Positions 1-10,321 of a DNA stretch of 64,000 nt are shown here, piece after piece. The position numbers and the translations under genes were made by a program. Where the stretch lies: positions 1 to 64,000 of the forward strand of contig JANNBC010000015.1 of NCBI GenBank assembly GCA_031385045.1, written 5' to 3'. Under the pieces are notes generated by a model. That model was not told the DNA's origin. It was given only the letters and a program-made list of their open reading frames with translations, and ran no database searches. How positions within the stretch are numbered: position 1 is the stretch's first letter; every line of letters begins with the position of its first letter. This DNA comes from a bacterium (GTDB lineage: Bacteria > Bdellovibrionota_C > UBA2361 > CALJRW01).

Positions 1-80
1 CAGGTGTCACGGACACTGCCTCCTGCCTCAACTTCTTGTAAGATTTTTACAATTTGTTCTTCCGTATATCGCTTTTTCAT
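1..80 (-). CDS. IS3-family transposase OrfA, N-terminal part (cut by window edge)
   Basis: Manual translation MKKRYTEEQIVKILQEVEAGG; not in the ORF track. Confidence 0.8.
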   Translation of the reverse strand, partial: MKKRYTEEQIVKILQEVEAGGSVRDT

Positions 81-141
81 AGGTCCTCCAGTTAAAATAG
101 TCTATCATTTTAACTGGCTCTATTCACGCAGGGCAGACCCA
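1..141 (-). mobile_element. Left end of IS3-family insertion sequence (IS407-group-like), running off the window edge
   Basis: Minus strand begins 5'-TGGGTCTGCCCTG at 141 (TG terminus typical of IS3). GGAGG RBS precedes ATG at 80, giving MKKRYTEEQIVKILQEVEAGGSVRDT, a typical OrfA HTH start. Internal 11-bp inverted repeat CCAGTTAAAAT/ATTTTAACTGG at 88-117. Confidence 0.8.
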
Positions 142-191
142 CCTTAACTTAAAGCAATTCAAATTATCATTAAGATATAATATGGTGAGTC

Positions 192-223
192 CAAAAAGTA
201 ATTTCCGTAGGGAATTACTTTTT
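192..223. other. AT-rich near-perfect hairpin (terminator- or operator-like)
   Basis: CAAAAAGTAATTTCC-GTAG-GGAATTACTTTTTG, with one bulged T. Confidence 0.45.
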
Positions 224-336
224 GTGGCTTACTATCTCCCAGAGGGATAATAAAATCATATAGTTATGATAAAAAACACAAAACTGACTTTTAAATACTC
301 GGAAAATACTTTTTGTCATAACTACAATATAAGCTA

Positions 337-1023
337 ATGAAAGATAACGCTATCAATAAAGTTTCTCATTATCAGGGCGAAAAAGGACAAGAATATTTTT
401 CTTGGCAAAACGCTGGAAAAGAATTTGCAGCAAAGATTTTTTGGCATAAATTCCATCAATATATTAAGCCAACAGATATTGTGATTGATTTTGGCTGTGG
501 TGGAGGCCAGCTCTTAAATGTTCTAGAGTGCCAAAAAAGAATTGGAGTTGAAATCAATCCAATTGCTCGAGAATTTGCTAATCATTCCGGAATTTCTTGC
601 TATGAAACCCTAGATGAAATTCCTAACGGCTTAGCAGATGTAGTAATCTCTCATCATGCCCTAGAGCACGTCGAGTTTCCTATCGGAATACTAAGGGAGA
701 TCCGACAGAAACTAAAACCTGATGGTTTGTTACTATTATGTGTTCCAATTGATAATTGGAGATTACAAAATCACTATGATCCCAAGGATCAAAATCATCA
801 TTTACACACTTGGACAAGCCAACTCCTTGGCAATACCCTATTCGAAGCAGGATTTAAAGATTTCAAAATCACCTACCATAATCGATCATGGATTAAAGGA
901 TGGACTGTATTCTTGTATGGACGCTTTCCACTTTGGTTTTTTGATCTAGCTTGCTATCTCCATGGAATATTAACTGGAAAAGGACGAGAACTATTTGCTG
1001 TTGCCAGAGAACTAAAAAAATAA
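337..1023 (+). CDS. Class I SAM-dependent methyltransferase
   Basis: VIDFGCGGG motif I, HHALEHV, LKPDGLLLL. Confidence 0.85.
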   Translation: MKDNAINKVSHYQGEKGQEYFSWQNAGKEFAAKIFWHKFHQYIKPTDIVIDFGCGGGQLLNVLECQKRIGVEINPIAREFANHSGISCYETLDEIPNGLADVVISHHALEHVEFPIGILREIRQKLKPDGLLLLCVPIDNWRLQNHYDPKDQNHHLHTWTSQLLGNTLFEAGFKDFKITYHNRSWIKGWTVFLYGRFPLWFFDLACYLHGILTGKGRELFAVARELKK

Positions 1024-1024
1024 A

Positions 1025-2161
1025 TTATGATTTAAGTATTTCTAAATACTCTTCCATCAAAATTTTTGATTGCTTGATAGTATTATAATCTTCTTCAACT
1101 CTTTTACGAGCACCAAGCTTTGCCTCACTTCTAAGCCTATGATCATTCATAAACTTTATGATAACAGCAGATAAACTAGCGATGTCGTCTTGAGCTACAA
1201 TCTCCCCACCTTCTGGCAAAACTTGCTCCGACACGGTACCCATACTAGGATATCCAACTACAGGACAAGAGCAGGAGAGTGCTTGAATTACACTTAGACT
1301 ACAAGCTTCTTCAGTACTGGTATTAATAAACAAATCAAGTGAGCTGTAAAAACCAATCAAGTTATCTAAGTGCCCTAAGAAAATAACTCGATCTCCTAAT
1401 TGCTTTTTTGACTCCGAAATTAGATTTTCACCATATTCTTTATCTTCTGCTAAATATTTACCTGCAATTAATACTATAATTTCAACTGAAGCGATTTGCG
1501 CAACTGCTTGAATCAAATGCTCTACTTGCTTCCTTGGTCTAAGCGCACATGCCACGCCAACAATAAACTTACCCTTTAAATTTAATGAATTTAAAAACTG
1601 ATCCTTTAATTTTTGATCATAACTATACTCAGCTAGATCAATCCCATTTTTTAAAACCATCCAGTTTGTTTTATCTATTAGTCCTGTAACGTTTTCAGAA
1701 CATATTCTTTGATTAGCATCACTTGTAAAAATAATCTTCTTTAGTCTCTTAGTATATTTAAATGCCCACCTACAAAACTCCTTACTCATCGAAAAATGAA
1801 TGCTGACAACAATCGGAATATTAATAATTCTTGATAAGAAATTACCTACTGGGAAAACATTTTGTTCGTTACAATGGATCAAGTTAATCCGATGCCGGTA
1901 TGCAATATTTATAATTCTTAAGATTTGAATTAGCGACTTTATTGGCTTAAGTTTATCTGGGTGACTTAAATCCATTACATAAACTGGAATTTTTTCTGAG
2001 AACGCCCAGCGGGATAAACTTCCTTCTGCTGGTGTGATAATTATAGCATTTAGTCCTTCTTGCTTTAAATTTTTTATCCAACCTTCAGTAGGGACAATAG
2101 TACTTTCTCGATTTGGATTATTTGTAAGATATAGTACATTCAAATTCTGACTACTTTTCAT
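1025..2161 (-). CDS. Glycosyltransferase family 4
   Basis: NGID, RPRKQVE, EACSLSVIQALSCSCPVV (variant of the ExF...EA motif). Confidence 0.85.
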   Translation of the reverse strand: MKSSQNLNVLYLTNNPNRESTIVPTEGWIKNLKQEGLNAIIITPAEGSLSRWAFSEKIPVYVMDLSHPDKLKPIKSLIQILRIINIAYRHRINLIHCNEQNVFPVGNFLSRIINIPIVVSIHFSMSKEFCRWAFKYTKRLKKIIFTSDANQRICSENVTGLIDKTNWMVLKNGIDLAEYSYDQKLKDQFLNSLNLKGKFIVGVACALRPRKQVEHLIQAVAQIASVEIIVLIAGKYLAEDKEYGENLISESKKQLGDRVIFLGHLDNLIGFYSSLDLFINTSTEEACSLSVIQALSCSCPVVGYPSMGTVSEQVLPEGGEIVAQDDIASLSAVIIKFMNDHRLRSEAKLGARKRVEEDYNTIKQSKILMEEYLEILKS

Positions 2162-2177
2162 TGATTCTTTTTAAGAC

Positions 2178-3188
2178 CTACACTTTTGAAAAATAAGATC
2201 GGCAAAGACAAACTAGATAACTCTTCCAAAACCATAAATTGAATGGTTCATAAAAAAGTCCCTTTCGAAAATATTGAAATGCTTCTTTTCTTCTCATATT
2301 AGGAAAACAGAGATTATACCCTATTTGCCAGAAATAATTATTTGCAACTGTTTTATTAATAGCTCTTACTTCTCTTAAACTTAAATCAAGTTCACATTCA
2401 GCTTCACGAAATCCTCTAATTAAAGCATGTCTCAATCTAAGATACTTTTCTAGCGGCGCTCCTTTGCACCCAGCTGAGGCATTATTATTATGAACAGCAT
2501 ATTCTCCATGAACTTTATCGATATAAGCAATTTTAAAACCTGCTTTTAATGCTCTAATAACGGACACTTGATCTGCTCCCTCATTACGGTAAGAAGCTCT
2601 AAAACGATAATTTTCAAAAACTACCTTTTTTGCCAATGAGAACTGTTGACCCAGCTGGAGCCCATGAAGAATTTGAAACTCTGCTGCTTTTGAATCAATA
2701 ATTAAATTAGCAATTCCTAATTTCTTAGTTTTTAAGGAAAGAAAGTCTTTAGGAATCCCTTGATTATAAAAATTACTTTCAGCGAGCACCCTTTCGTTAT
2801 CAGTAAGATCTATAATTTTATTTGAAGCATACAGCCAATCTATTTCTTGATTACTTTCAATAACTTCTAAAAGCTCCTGAAGGTGAAAGTCATACCATCG
2901 ATCATCAACATCATACAGTGCCAGATAGTCACCTTTTATTTGATCTAATCCGGTATTTCGAGCTTCGAAACCTCCGCCATTAATTCGGTCAATCAATTGG
3001 ACATTTTGCGTCCAGCCTTTGGTAATATCCAAAAATAATTCTTTAGTATTGTCAGTACTACCATCATTCACTGCAATTAATTCCCAATTATCATAGGTTT
3101 GCTTCTGAATACACCTAAGTCCAATCTCTAAGTAGGGGCTTGCGTTGTAAAGAGGAAGAACGATACTAATTAAAGGCTTATTATTCAT
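2178..3188 (-). CDS. Glycosyltransferase family 2
   Basis: PLISIVLPLYN, VNDGSTD, ARNTGL, YDVDD. Confidence 0.9.
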   Translation of the reverse strand: MNNKPLISIVLPLYNASPYLEIGLRCIQKQTYDNWELIAVNDGSTDNTKELFLDITKGWTQNVQLIDRINGGGFEARNTGLDQIKGDYLALYDVDDRWYDFHLQELLEVIESNQEIDWLYASNKIIDLTDNERVLAESNFYNQGIPKDFLSLKTKKLGIANLIIDSKAAEFQILHGLQLGQQFSLAKKVVFENYRFRASYRNEGADQVSVIRALKAGFKIAYIDKVHGEYAVHNNNASAGCKGAPLEKYLRLRHALIRGFREAECELDLSLREVRAINKTVANNYFWQIGYNLCFPNMRRKEAFQYFRKGLFYEPFNLWFWKSYLVCLCRSYFSKV

Positions 3189-4297
3189 TTTACTAAGTTT
3201 TTATTGATGAGCTCTTGATAGCAATGATCAACTTTATCATTCGCTACTTGATTACCAAGCCAAGCAACTAATGTCTTAATTGATGTATCGATGTCAAATT
3301 TAGGGCAATAGTTAAGTAGTCTTTGTGCTTTAGAAATGTCTGCATAACAGTGGCGAATATCCCCAGCTCTAGATTCATTTAGAATAACTGGCTTAATATT
3401 CTTGCCCAAGGCACCTGCAATCTTTATAGCTAAATTCTGGATATTAATTGGCTTACCAGATCCAATATTAAAATACATATTTTTTACGGAATCATTATCA
3501 AGCCCTAAAAGGTTAGCTTGCACCACATCACCCACATCAACAAAATCTCTCATTTGTAATCCATCTTCAAAGATTAATGGTGGATTATTATTTAAAAGTC
3601 TTGAGCAGAAGATTGCAGCTACGCCTGTATAGGGATTAGATAATGATTGCCTGCTACCAATAACATTAAAGTATCGAAATGCAATTACTGGAATATCATA
3701 AGTTTTTCCTAGAGTTAAAAACATTTCTTCTTGATCTCGTTTAGTTATGGCATAAATGCTAGAAGGTTCGATCTTCTTTTCTTCGTTGGTAGCTATCGGC
3801 TTTAATTCTTCACCATTAACTCCCAACATTTCCCATTGTTTCTCTAGAAATTGATTAGCAGTTCTTATTGCCGGAACAGTAAGATTATCTAAACTATCAA
3901 CATAGCTTCCTTCTCCATAGATCGACATTGAGGAAGCAACTATTACTTTTTTAATTGATGCGCGATGCTTCAGAAGCTCTTCCCAGAAAACTGCTGCGCC
4001 ACGACAATTGACATCAACATAATGGTTAATGGCATACATCGACTGCCCAACACCGACAGCTGCTGCGTTATAAATAACAGCATCAACTCCATTAAGCGCA
4101 TTAGCCACAATTTCAGAGTCACGAACATCACCATTGATAAACTTTGTTTTAGGATTTAAATATTCTGGAATTTTATTGTTTGGATGTACTTGTGAATCTA
4201 AATTATCAAGTATAACAACCTGATCTCCTCTTGCAATTAATGCATCAGTAATATGTGAGCTAATAAAACCTGCTCCACCAGTAATCAGAACTTTCAT
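3185..4297 (-). CDS. NAD-dependent nucleotide-sugar epimerase/dehydratase
   Basis: TGGAGFIS, YAITK (YxxxK), FRYFNV, RDFVDV. Confidence 0.9.
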   Translation of the reverse strand: MKVLITGGAGFISSHITDALIARGDQVVILDNLDSQVHPNNKIPEYLNPKTKFINGDVRDSEIVANALNGVDAVIYNAAAVGVGQSMYAINHYVDVNCRGAAVFWEELLKHRASIKKVIVASSMSIYGEGSYVDSLDNLTVPAIRTANQFLEKQWEMLGVNGEELKPIATNEEKKIEPSSIYAITKRDQEEMFLTLGKTYDIPVIAFRYFNVIGSRQSLSNPYTGVAAIFCSRLLNNNPPLIFEDGLQMRDFVDVGDVVQANLLGLDNDSVKNMYFNIGSGKPINIQNLAIKIAGALGKNIKPVILNESRAGDIRHCYADISKAQRLLNYCPKFDIDTSIKTLVAWLGNQVANDKVDHCYQELINKNLVK

Positions 4298-4647
4298 CTT
4301 AATTAGTAATAATATTTAATAAACTTGGAAATACACTGTAAATAACCACGCATCCATCATAGTTTTTAAGCATTAATTTGAAAACAGATTAAATCATTGA
4401 CACTAAACGACATTGAAAATTATTAAGAATTCAAAACCGCTTAATATCTCAAGTTATAGCATGTGAAGCAATCCTTGAGGGTCTTAGTGCTAGCAAGCCT
4501 AGGCTTTTTGCCATGCTATTAAGAAATACCCAATAGGTTTTGGTATATTCTATCTAACTCAATTTTCAATTTTCTAGTAAAGTTAACAGACATCTGGTCA
4601 TTTAATTAGTAAATACGGATAAATCATATATTAGATTTAACTCGCAA

Positions 4648-5391
4648 ATGAAAAAAATTATTAAAAGATATTTATACAATCTAGGACTATATCCCTATTT
4701 CAAAAAGTTAAAGTACCGGATAATTGGCGCCCCAGGGTGGTATAATTTTAAACCGGCAGACCCAAGGACTTTAATATCCTCATATTTATGCTTTAATTGG
4801 CTATCGAAAAACAATTTACTTTCAGGAACTGACTACTACGAGTTTGGGATATTTCGTGGTTTTAATTTATGGTATGTACAGCATCTGGCTAAAGCAAACA
4901 AAATTGAAGATTTAAATTTTATTGGATTTGACTCCTTTTTTGGACTCCCAGCATCGACAGGTGTTGATATTCAGGATAATTTTCAAGAAGGTGCATTTAG
5001 CTCTTACAAAGAAGAAGTAGAAAAATACTTCAATTCTTTTGGTATTGATTGGAGAAAGACTAAATTAATTGAGGGGTTCTTTGAAAAAACTTTAAATCAG
5101 CAAACAATAATAAATAATAACCTAAGAAAATGTTCATTTTGCATGATTGATTGTGACCTCTATTCATCTACAGTTGAAGTATTAGATTTTGCATCAAAAC
5201 TATTAACAGACATTTCGTTAGTTTATTTTGATGATTGGGACGATTTCGGTTCTGGGAACAAGAAAGGTCAGCCACTTGCATTTCAAGAATTTACTACAAG
5301 CAAGCACGCTAGTTTTTCAGTTGAAGACTTTCAAGATCTAAAGTTACTTGGTGGTAAAGGTAAGGCATTTATTTTAAAAAGATTAAATTAA
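4648..5391 (+). CDS. TylF/MycF-like O-methyltransferase
   Basis: YYEFGIFRG, GFDSFFGLP, IDCDLYSST, FDDW. Confidence 0.8.
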   Translation: MKKIIKRYLYNLGLYPYFKKLKYRIIGAPGWYNFKPADPRTLISSYLCFNWLSKNNLLSGTDYYEFGIFRGFNLWYVQHLAKANKIEDLNFIGFDSFFGLPASTGVDIQDNFQEGAFSSYKEEVEKYFNSFGIDWRKTKLIEGFFEKTLNQQTIINNNLRKCSFCMIDCDLYSSTVEVLDFASKLLTDISLVYFDDWDDFGSGNKKGQPLAFQEFTTSKHASFSVEDFQDLKLLGGKGKAFILKRLN

Positions 5392-5412
5392 ACCACCTCT
5401 CATTACTCACTT

Positions 5413-7386
5413 ATGAAAACTGCTAATACTAAAAAAATTCCAGGAATTTTATATGCAATGCGATATCCTGAAGATATTGGTATGGTCTGGCAAAGCTTAT
5501 TACAGCTTTATTCAGAAGTATCAATTATTAGTCATCAAGATTTTCAAAATATTATTGCCTATCCAAAGTTAGTAAATTCATCACGAGTTAATTCTAGTAA
5601 ACAAATTTTTCTAGAGGCAAATTTCTACAATACTTCTGAGAGCAACAAGTCAAACCTCCAAAGTCTTATTGAAGAATTCAATATTCAAGCAATCGTGTAT
5701 ATTAGTGCTTCCACTAATGAAATTGACATAAAATGGCTAAAGAAAAGAGGTGTTCAAACAATAAATTTTGAACAAGAAAGCTATGATACTTTTAAAACGC
5801 AATCTACTTGGAAAGCCGGCTTGAAAACCTTCCTAAGGAGAATACTAAAGATTAATTTACATTCAATTTATCTTGCTAACTCTCTTTCTCAGATTAGCTT
5901 TTTATTGAATTTTGCAAAGCTACCTGTTTCTAGAATTCAACCCTGCGTTAATGGAGTTGATACCAATCTTTTTTCTCCAAGCTCTACAAATGATTTTCAA
6001 AAAAATAATATAACTAATACTCAATTAGTTGTCTTAAGTATTGCGCAAGCTAGAGATGAAAAAAATATTATGTTTCTTATTGATGTCGCAAAAGAAGTAT
6101 TTAAAATTAACCCTGAGATCTCTCTTTCCTTTGTTCATGTTGGAGATGGACACTGCCTAGAGGCTTGGAAAAATTATGCCTTAGAATCAAACCTACAAGA
6201 CAAATTTTTCTTTGTTGGTAAACATCTAGATATTAGACCATTCCTCCAAATTTCAACCGTCCTAGCACATGTAGCAAAAAGAGAGAGCTTTGGGTACGTT
6301 TTGGCAGAGGCCATGTCTTATGGAAAACCGATCATTGCTACTCCCTCTCAAGGCTCCAAAGAAATTATTGCAGATGGACATACAGGAGCAATTGTTAATA
6401 CTAATAATCCTAGAATCTTTGCAGAGAAGTTAATTAGCTTCCTATCTGACCCTGAAGAACTTAGTAAAATGGGTTTCTCGGCAAGAGAGCGGGCAAAATG
6501 CTTATTCTCCGTTAAACGACAGGCAGAAGATTTATCTATAATAATTAAAGATCTGCTTAATCATACTCACAAGAAAAAAAAATTCCCAAATAAAATTTCT
6601 TCTCGAACATTACGGGCAGATATTCTGAATTTGCCTTTACTTTGGCGTTTTCCCGTCATGCAAAACTTGCTGCTAAAAATAGTAGATCTTTATTGTCCCA
6701 ATGTAACAGGGCGAATTAACACAATCTTGCAAGGTTTTAGTAAGGTTTTTTTTGTACAAATAGGTTCAAATGACGGAAAACAAGCAGATCCACTATATCA
6801 ACTTTCACATTCTAAAAGTAATTGGTCAGGCCTGTTAGTAGAGCCTTTACCCTTTTTATTTAAAAAACTTAAAGATAATTATCCAGACCCCAAGTTTCAA
6901 CTTGAAAATTCTGCAATCGGAGAATCCAATGGCGAAATTACTTTTTATTATATATCTCCAGAAGCGAAAAAGGTTTTGGGTGAGAAACTTCCATTCTATT
7001 ATGATCAAGTAGGCTCATTTAGCCTAAACCATGTTCTAAAACATTTTGATTCTGAGATTGAACAATATATTCTTAAAACCCAAGTACCAACAATTACTCT
7101 TAAAAACCTTTTAGAGCGCCACAAGATAGATAAGATAGATTTACTGCATATAGATACTGAAGGATTTGACTATCAAATCTTGCGTCAAATTAATTTAAGA
7201 CAATTTACTCCAAAAATTATCTTATTTGAACATATTCACTTACCAATGGAACAAAAGTTAATGAGCCAATACTTCTTGTTCTATAATAACTATCAAATAT
7301 TAGACCTGGGCCGTGACTTTTTAGCAGTTAAAAATGAATATACTAAAACCCATTGGGTTCTTCCTAACAGCTTGGAAAAAATCTAA
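5413..7386 (+). CDS. GT4 glycosyltransferase fused to FkbM-family methyltransferase
   Basis: N-terminal half NGVD and ESFGYVLAEAMSYGKPII; C-terminal half FVQIGSNDG, LLVEP, LLHIDTEGFD. Confidence 0.8.
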   Translation: MKTANTKKIPGILYAMRYPEDIGMVWQSLLQLYSEVSIISHQDFQNIIAYPKLVNSSRVNSSKQIFLEANFYNTSESNKSNLQSLIEEFNIQAIVYISASTNEIDIKWLKKRGVQTINFEQESYDTFKTQSTWKAGLKTFLRRILKINLHSIYLANSLSQISFLLNFAKLPVSRIQPCVNGVDTNLFSPSSTNDFQKNNITNTQLVVLSIAQARDEKNIMFLIDVAKEVFKINPEISLSFVHVGDGHCLEAWKNYALESNLQDKFFFVGKHLDIRPFLQISTVLAHVAKRESFGYVLAEAMSYGKPIIATPSQGSKEIIADGHTGAIVNTNNPRIFAEKLISFLSDPEELSKMGFSARERAKCLFSVKRQAEDLSIIIKDLLNHTHKKKKFPNKISSRTLRADILNLPLLWRFPVMQNLLLKIVDLYCPNVTGRINTILQGFSKVFFVQIGSNDGKQADPLYQLSHSKSNWSGLLVEPLPFLFKKLKDNYPDPKFQLENSAIGESNGEITFYYISPEAKKVLGEKLPFYYDQVGSFSLNHVLKHFDSEIEQYILKTQVPTITLKNLLERHKIDKIDLLHIDTEGFDYQILRQINLRQFTPKIILFEHIHLPMEQKLMSQYFLFYNNYQILDLGRDFLAVKNEYTKTHWVLPNSLEKI

Positions 7387-7464
7387 TAGATTTTTCAGTG
7401 TTTTGGCTTTTAGTATATTTGTCTTCCCCAGCATTGAGCCTTATAAAATAAGACTCAATGCCTT

Positions 7465-7502
7465 AGCGACCCCCAAGGGTCGCTTCAAGTGCTTCGCACT
7501 TG
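7465..7502. terminator. Two adjacent GC-rich hairpins between convergent genes (terminator or REP-like)
   Basis: AGCGACCC-CCAA-GGGTCGCT (7465-7484) and CAAGTGC-TTC-GCACTTG (7486-7502). Confidence 0.45.
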
Positions 7503-7652
7503 TTATACTAAGCTTCTTTGTATTTTTGGTAATTTTCAATGTTGCTTAGTATATATTTAACTCTCCAACATTTTCTTAATGTTAAAACAGGATAAGTTAT
7601 ATTTTAAAATTTTGAATCAAGCTAAATTACTTTTAATCTTAATGAGGATTCC

Positions 7653-8720
7653 TCAAGTAAAGAGTCGCTGACAATTTTCATGAAAATTACTTCGTCTAAA
7701 TTTTTCATCAAATAATTTATAACTATAATTACCTAATAGTCTACAATTTTCTGAGTCAGTAGCTAGTTGTACAATTTTTTCTTTAAACCCTAATAAATCA
7801 TTTTTTGATAACAAATATCCATTGTGTCCACTAATAACAGCTTCTGAAATACCATCAGTTTCAAAGGCAACTATTGGCAAGCTATTAGCCATCGCCTCTA
7901 AAATTGATAGTGGAAGTCCTTCTGCTAAAGATGGCTGGATATAAATATCAGTCATAGATAAATATTCATTGGCATTTCCAATCTGTCCCGTAAAAATGAT
8001 TTGTTCTTCTAATCCATATAACTGCACTAATCTCAGGCATTCTTTTTGATACCAAAGATTTTCTGCTTTTACAGAGCCAATTAAATAAATCTTCAATTTT
8101 GGACTACTAATTTCCTTGGCGAGTTCAATGATAAACTTTTGCCCCTTAACCTCACTAATGTGACCGATACAAGTCAATACTATCTCCTCAACAGTTTTTA
8201 TTTTCTTAAGCAGAATAATAGGTTCAACAAAATTTGGTAAAACTTGAAGTTTCAATCTTAACTGTTCAGAGTGAATAAAATATTTATCTAAATTACTACA
8301 GCAAAGTATTATTTTATTAGCATATTTATAAAAACATCTTTTAATCTCATACTCAGTAACAGGATAATGTACATAGATCCAAATTTGTTTTCTAAGCAAC
8401 TTCGCGATAGGAATGCCTATTTGCATTAAAAATTTATTTTCAAAAATAATTAAATCATATTTACTAAAGATTAATATTTGTAAAAATTGAATTAATTTAA
8501 AAAGAAAATGAAATGGTCTTAACTTACTTGCAAAATGATTATTAACAATTACTTTAGTGACATAATTATTGAATAGTTCATGTTCTCTTGTATCCTTAGC
8601 ATTAAGTAAAACCTCAATAGAATTCTGCTTACTCAATTCTTCTGCCAAGTGCATAGACATTCTCTCAGCACCACCAATAATCTTTCCATTTAAGCAAAGT
8701 AATACCTTTTTATCTCGCAT
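7653..8720 (-). CDS. Glycosyltransferase family 4
   Basis: IGGAER, KGQ, EGLPLSILEAMANSLPIV. Confidence 0.9.
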   Translation of the reverse strand: MRDKKVLLCLNGKIIGGAERMSMHLAEELSKQNSIEVLLNAKDTREHELFNNYVTKVIVNNHFASKLRPFHFLFKLIQFLQILIFSKYDLIIFENKFLMQIGIPIAKLLRKQIWIYVHYPVTEYEIKRCFYKYANKIILCCSNLDKYFIHSEQLRLKLQVLPNFVEPIILLKKIKTVEEIVLTCIGHISEVKGQKFIIELAKEISSPKLKIYLIGSVKAENLWYQKECLRLVQLYGLEEQIIFTGQIGNANEYLSMTDIYIQPSLAEGLPLSILEAMANSLPIVAFETDGISEAVISGHNGYLLSKNDLLGFKEKIVQLATDSENCRLLGNYSYKLFDEKFRRSNFHENCQRLFT

Positions 8721-8727
8721 AACTTAA

Positions 8728-9615
8728 TTACTTTTTAAAACAATCTACAATTAATTTTTTTAGCGTCCCATTATGAAAACGATTATTACCAATAAAATGA
8801 ATAAATTCAGCTTTCGAAATATCAGTTCTATACGAAAAGTTCTCATACTTAGGTTCTGTTAGAATCATTGGTAAAGAATTTGAAAGTAAATAGTTACTAG
8901 CAAACTGCTCGCTCCCCCAAGTATTCCAAGACCCCCCAAGCATACTAGCCATTTTACTAGAAAACTCTTCTAATAAATCTATACTAGGAATCTTAGAGTT
9001 AAATCCAGCAAAACCAGAACAACCTCGTATGTATAAATTTGGAAAATTATCTCCCAATTTCACTAGGCATTTCTCAGCCATAATTTGAATACTTTGGCTT
9101 TGAATCTTTAAGGCGAATTGACTAGCACTTTCTAAAGTTTGTAATTCAGTACATTGATATGTACCAAGAATAAAAGTTTGCTTATTGCAAATTGCAGCTA
9201 ACACTTCACTTATACTTCCTATCGTAAGTGTATCTGCATCTAATTGAACTACATAGGTATCTTTTGATAATTGACAACAAAGTACTAACCTTTCCCAAGT
9301 CCCACCTTTAGGACAACGACCTGTATCAATATCTTGCAGTTCGACGACTTCCAAATTATTAATATGCTCTTTTAAAAGCTTTAGATGATCGATCTTTAAA
9401 CTTCCATCATTAATTACAATAATTTTCTGAGGACGAACCTTCCGGGTGAATGTAATAATTGCAACAAGATATAAATATAGATCTCGGGCACAAAGTTGAG
9501 TAACAATAATTAACTGAGCATTAGAATCTAGCTCTGCCCACGCAGATTTAATTAAGGGCTTAATTAATTGATTAACAGAATAGTAATTAAGTTTATTTCT
9601 AATTCGATAAAACAT
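8728..9615 (-). CDS. Putative GT-A fold glycosyltransferase
   Basis: INDGSL, VVQLDADTL (DxD), SEQ motif, FIHF; EPS cluster context. Confidence 0.5.
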   Translation of the reverse strand: MFYRIRNKLNYYSVNQLIKPLIKSAWAELDSNAQLIIVTQLCARDLYLYLVAIITFTRKVRPQKIIVINDGSLKIDHLKLLKEHINNLEVVELQDIDTGRCPKGGTWERLVLCCQLSKDTYVVQLDADTLTIGSISEVLAAICNKQTFILGTYQCTELQTLESASQFALKIQSQSIQIMAEKCLVKLGDNFPNLYIRGCSGFAGFNSKIPSIDLLEEFSSKMASMLGGSWNTWGSEQFASNYLLSNSLPMILTEPKYENFSYRTDISKAEFIHFIGNNRFHNGTLKKLIVDCFKK

Positions 9616-9619
9616 AGAT

Positions 9620-10321
9620 CTATCTGAATTTAATTCCGTTTAATCTCTGTTCTGGACAGATTGTTGTGGCTAATTTCTGAAATGCACCGACTGACTTCCA
9701 TGAGTCTTTTCTTAAAGTAAACTCCTGATAGTTACCAGTTAAAAAATATTTTAATCGGCGATAAATCTTACCCAAAATTGAATTTATATTATGTTCAATT
9801 CGAGGGCCGATCTGCTTGTATTGCTTGTTTTGTATAACAAATTGACAAACAGGGTATACTGTTTCCCAATTAGTATCATGAATAATTATGATACCTCCAT
9901 CCTTCAGGAGTAAATCTGAATAAAAAAAGTCTACAAATGTGTAATCAAAAGAATGGTATCCATCAATTAGGATCAAATCATATTTCTTATGTTGCTTAAC
10001 AAGTTCTGGCAAAGCTAAATAGCTAAGCTCTTCAATTAAATGATGCTTTGATAAAAAGCCTGCATTCTTAATATTTAAAATTCCTTTTCCGGCGTAACCA
10101 CCATAAGAATCATCCTCTGATTCAATGGGAAAATTTTGAAAAGGATCGATCGAAGTTAAACTAGAACTTTCAAAATTAGATATTATCTCAAGAATAATTA
10201 GCGCACTCGATGCATTTGCTAATCCAATTTCTAAAACATCTTTTGGTTTAAAGTCTTGAATTAGCTTAGTAAGAACTTCAAGTTCTGTTTTTAACATTCC
10301 GTCTGGACGATCAATTATCAT
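9620..10321 (-). CDS. Class I SAM-dependent O-methyltransferase (Methyltransf_24-like)
   Basis: VLEIGLANASS, SIDP, LIDGYH, LKDGGIIIIHD. Confidence 0.8.
   Translation of the reverse strand: MIIDRPDGMLKTELEVLTKLIQDFKPKDVLEIGLANASSALIILEIISNFESSSLTSIDPFQNFPIESEDDSYGGYAGKGILNIKNAGFLSKHHLIEELSYLALPELVKQHKKYDLILIDGYHSFDYTFVDFFYSDLLLKDGGIIIIHDTNWETVYPVCQFVIQNKQYKQIGPRIEHNINSILGKIYRRLKYFLTGNYQEFTLRKDSWKSVGAFQKLATTICPEQRLNGIKFR

Noticed and set aside
7362..7508. Possible integron attC site (TCCTAAC ... GTTATAC)
   Set aside because: The ends are poorly complementary, the span is long, and no second site or integrase was seen.
7334..7549. 71-aa hydrophobic ORF
   Set aside because: Overlaps the end of the GT4-FkbM gene and spans the double hairpin; probably non-coding.
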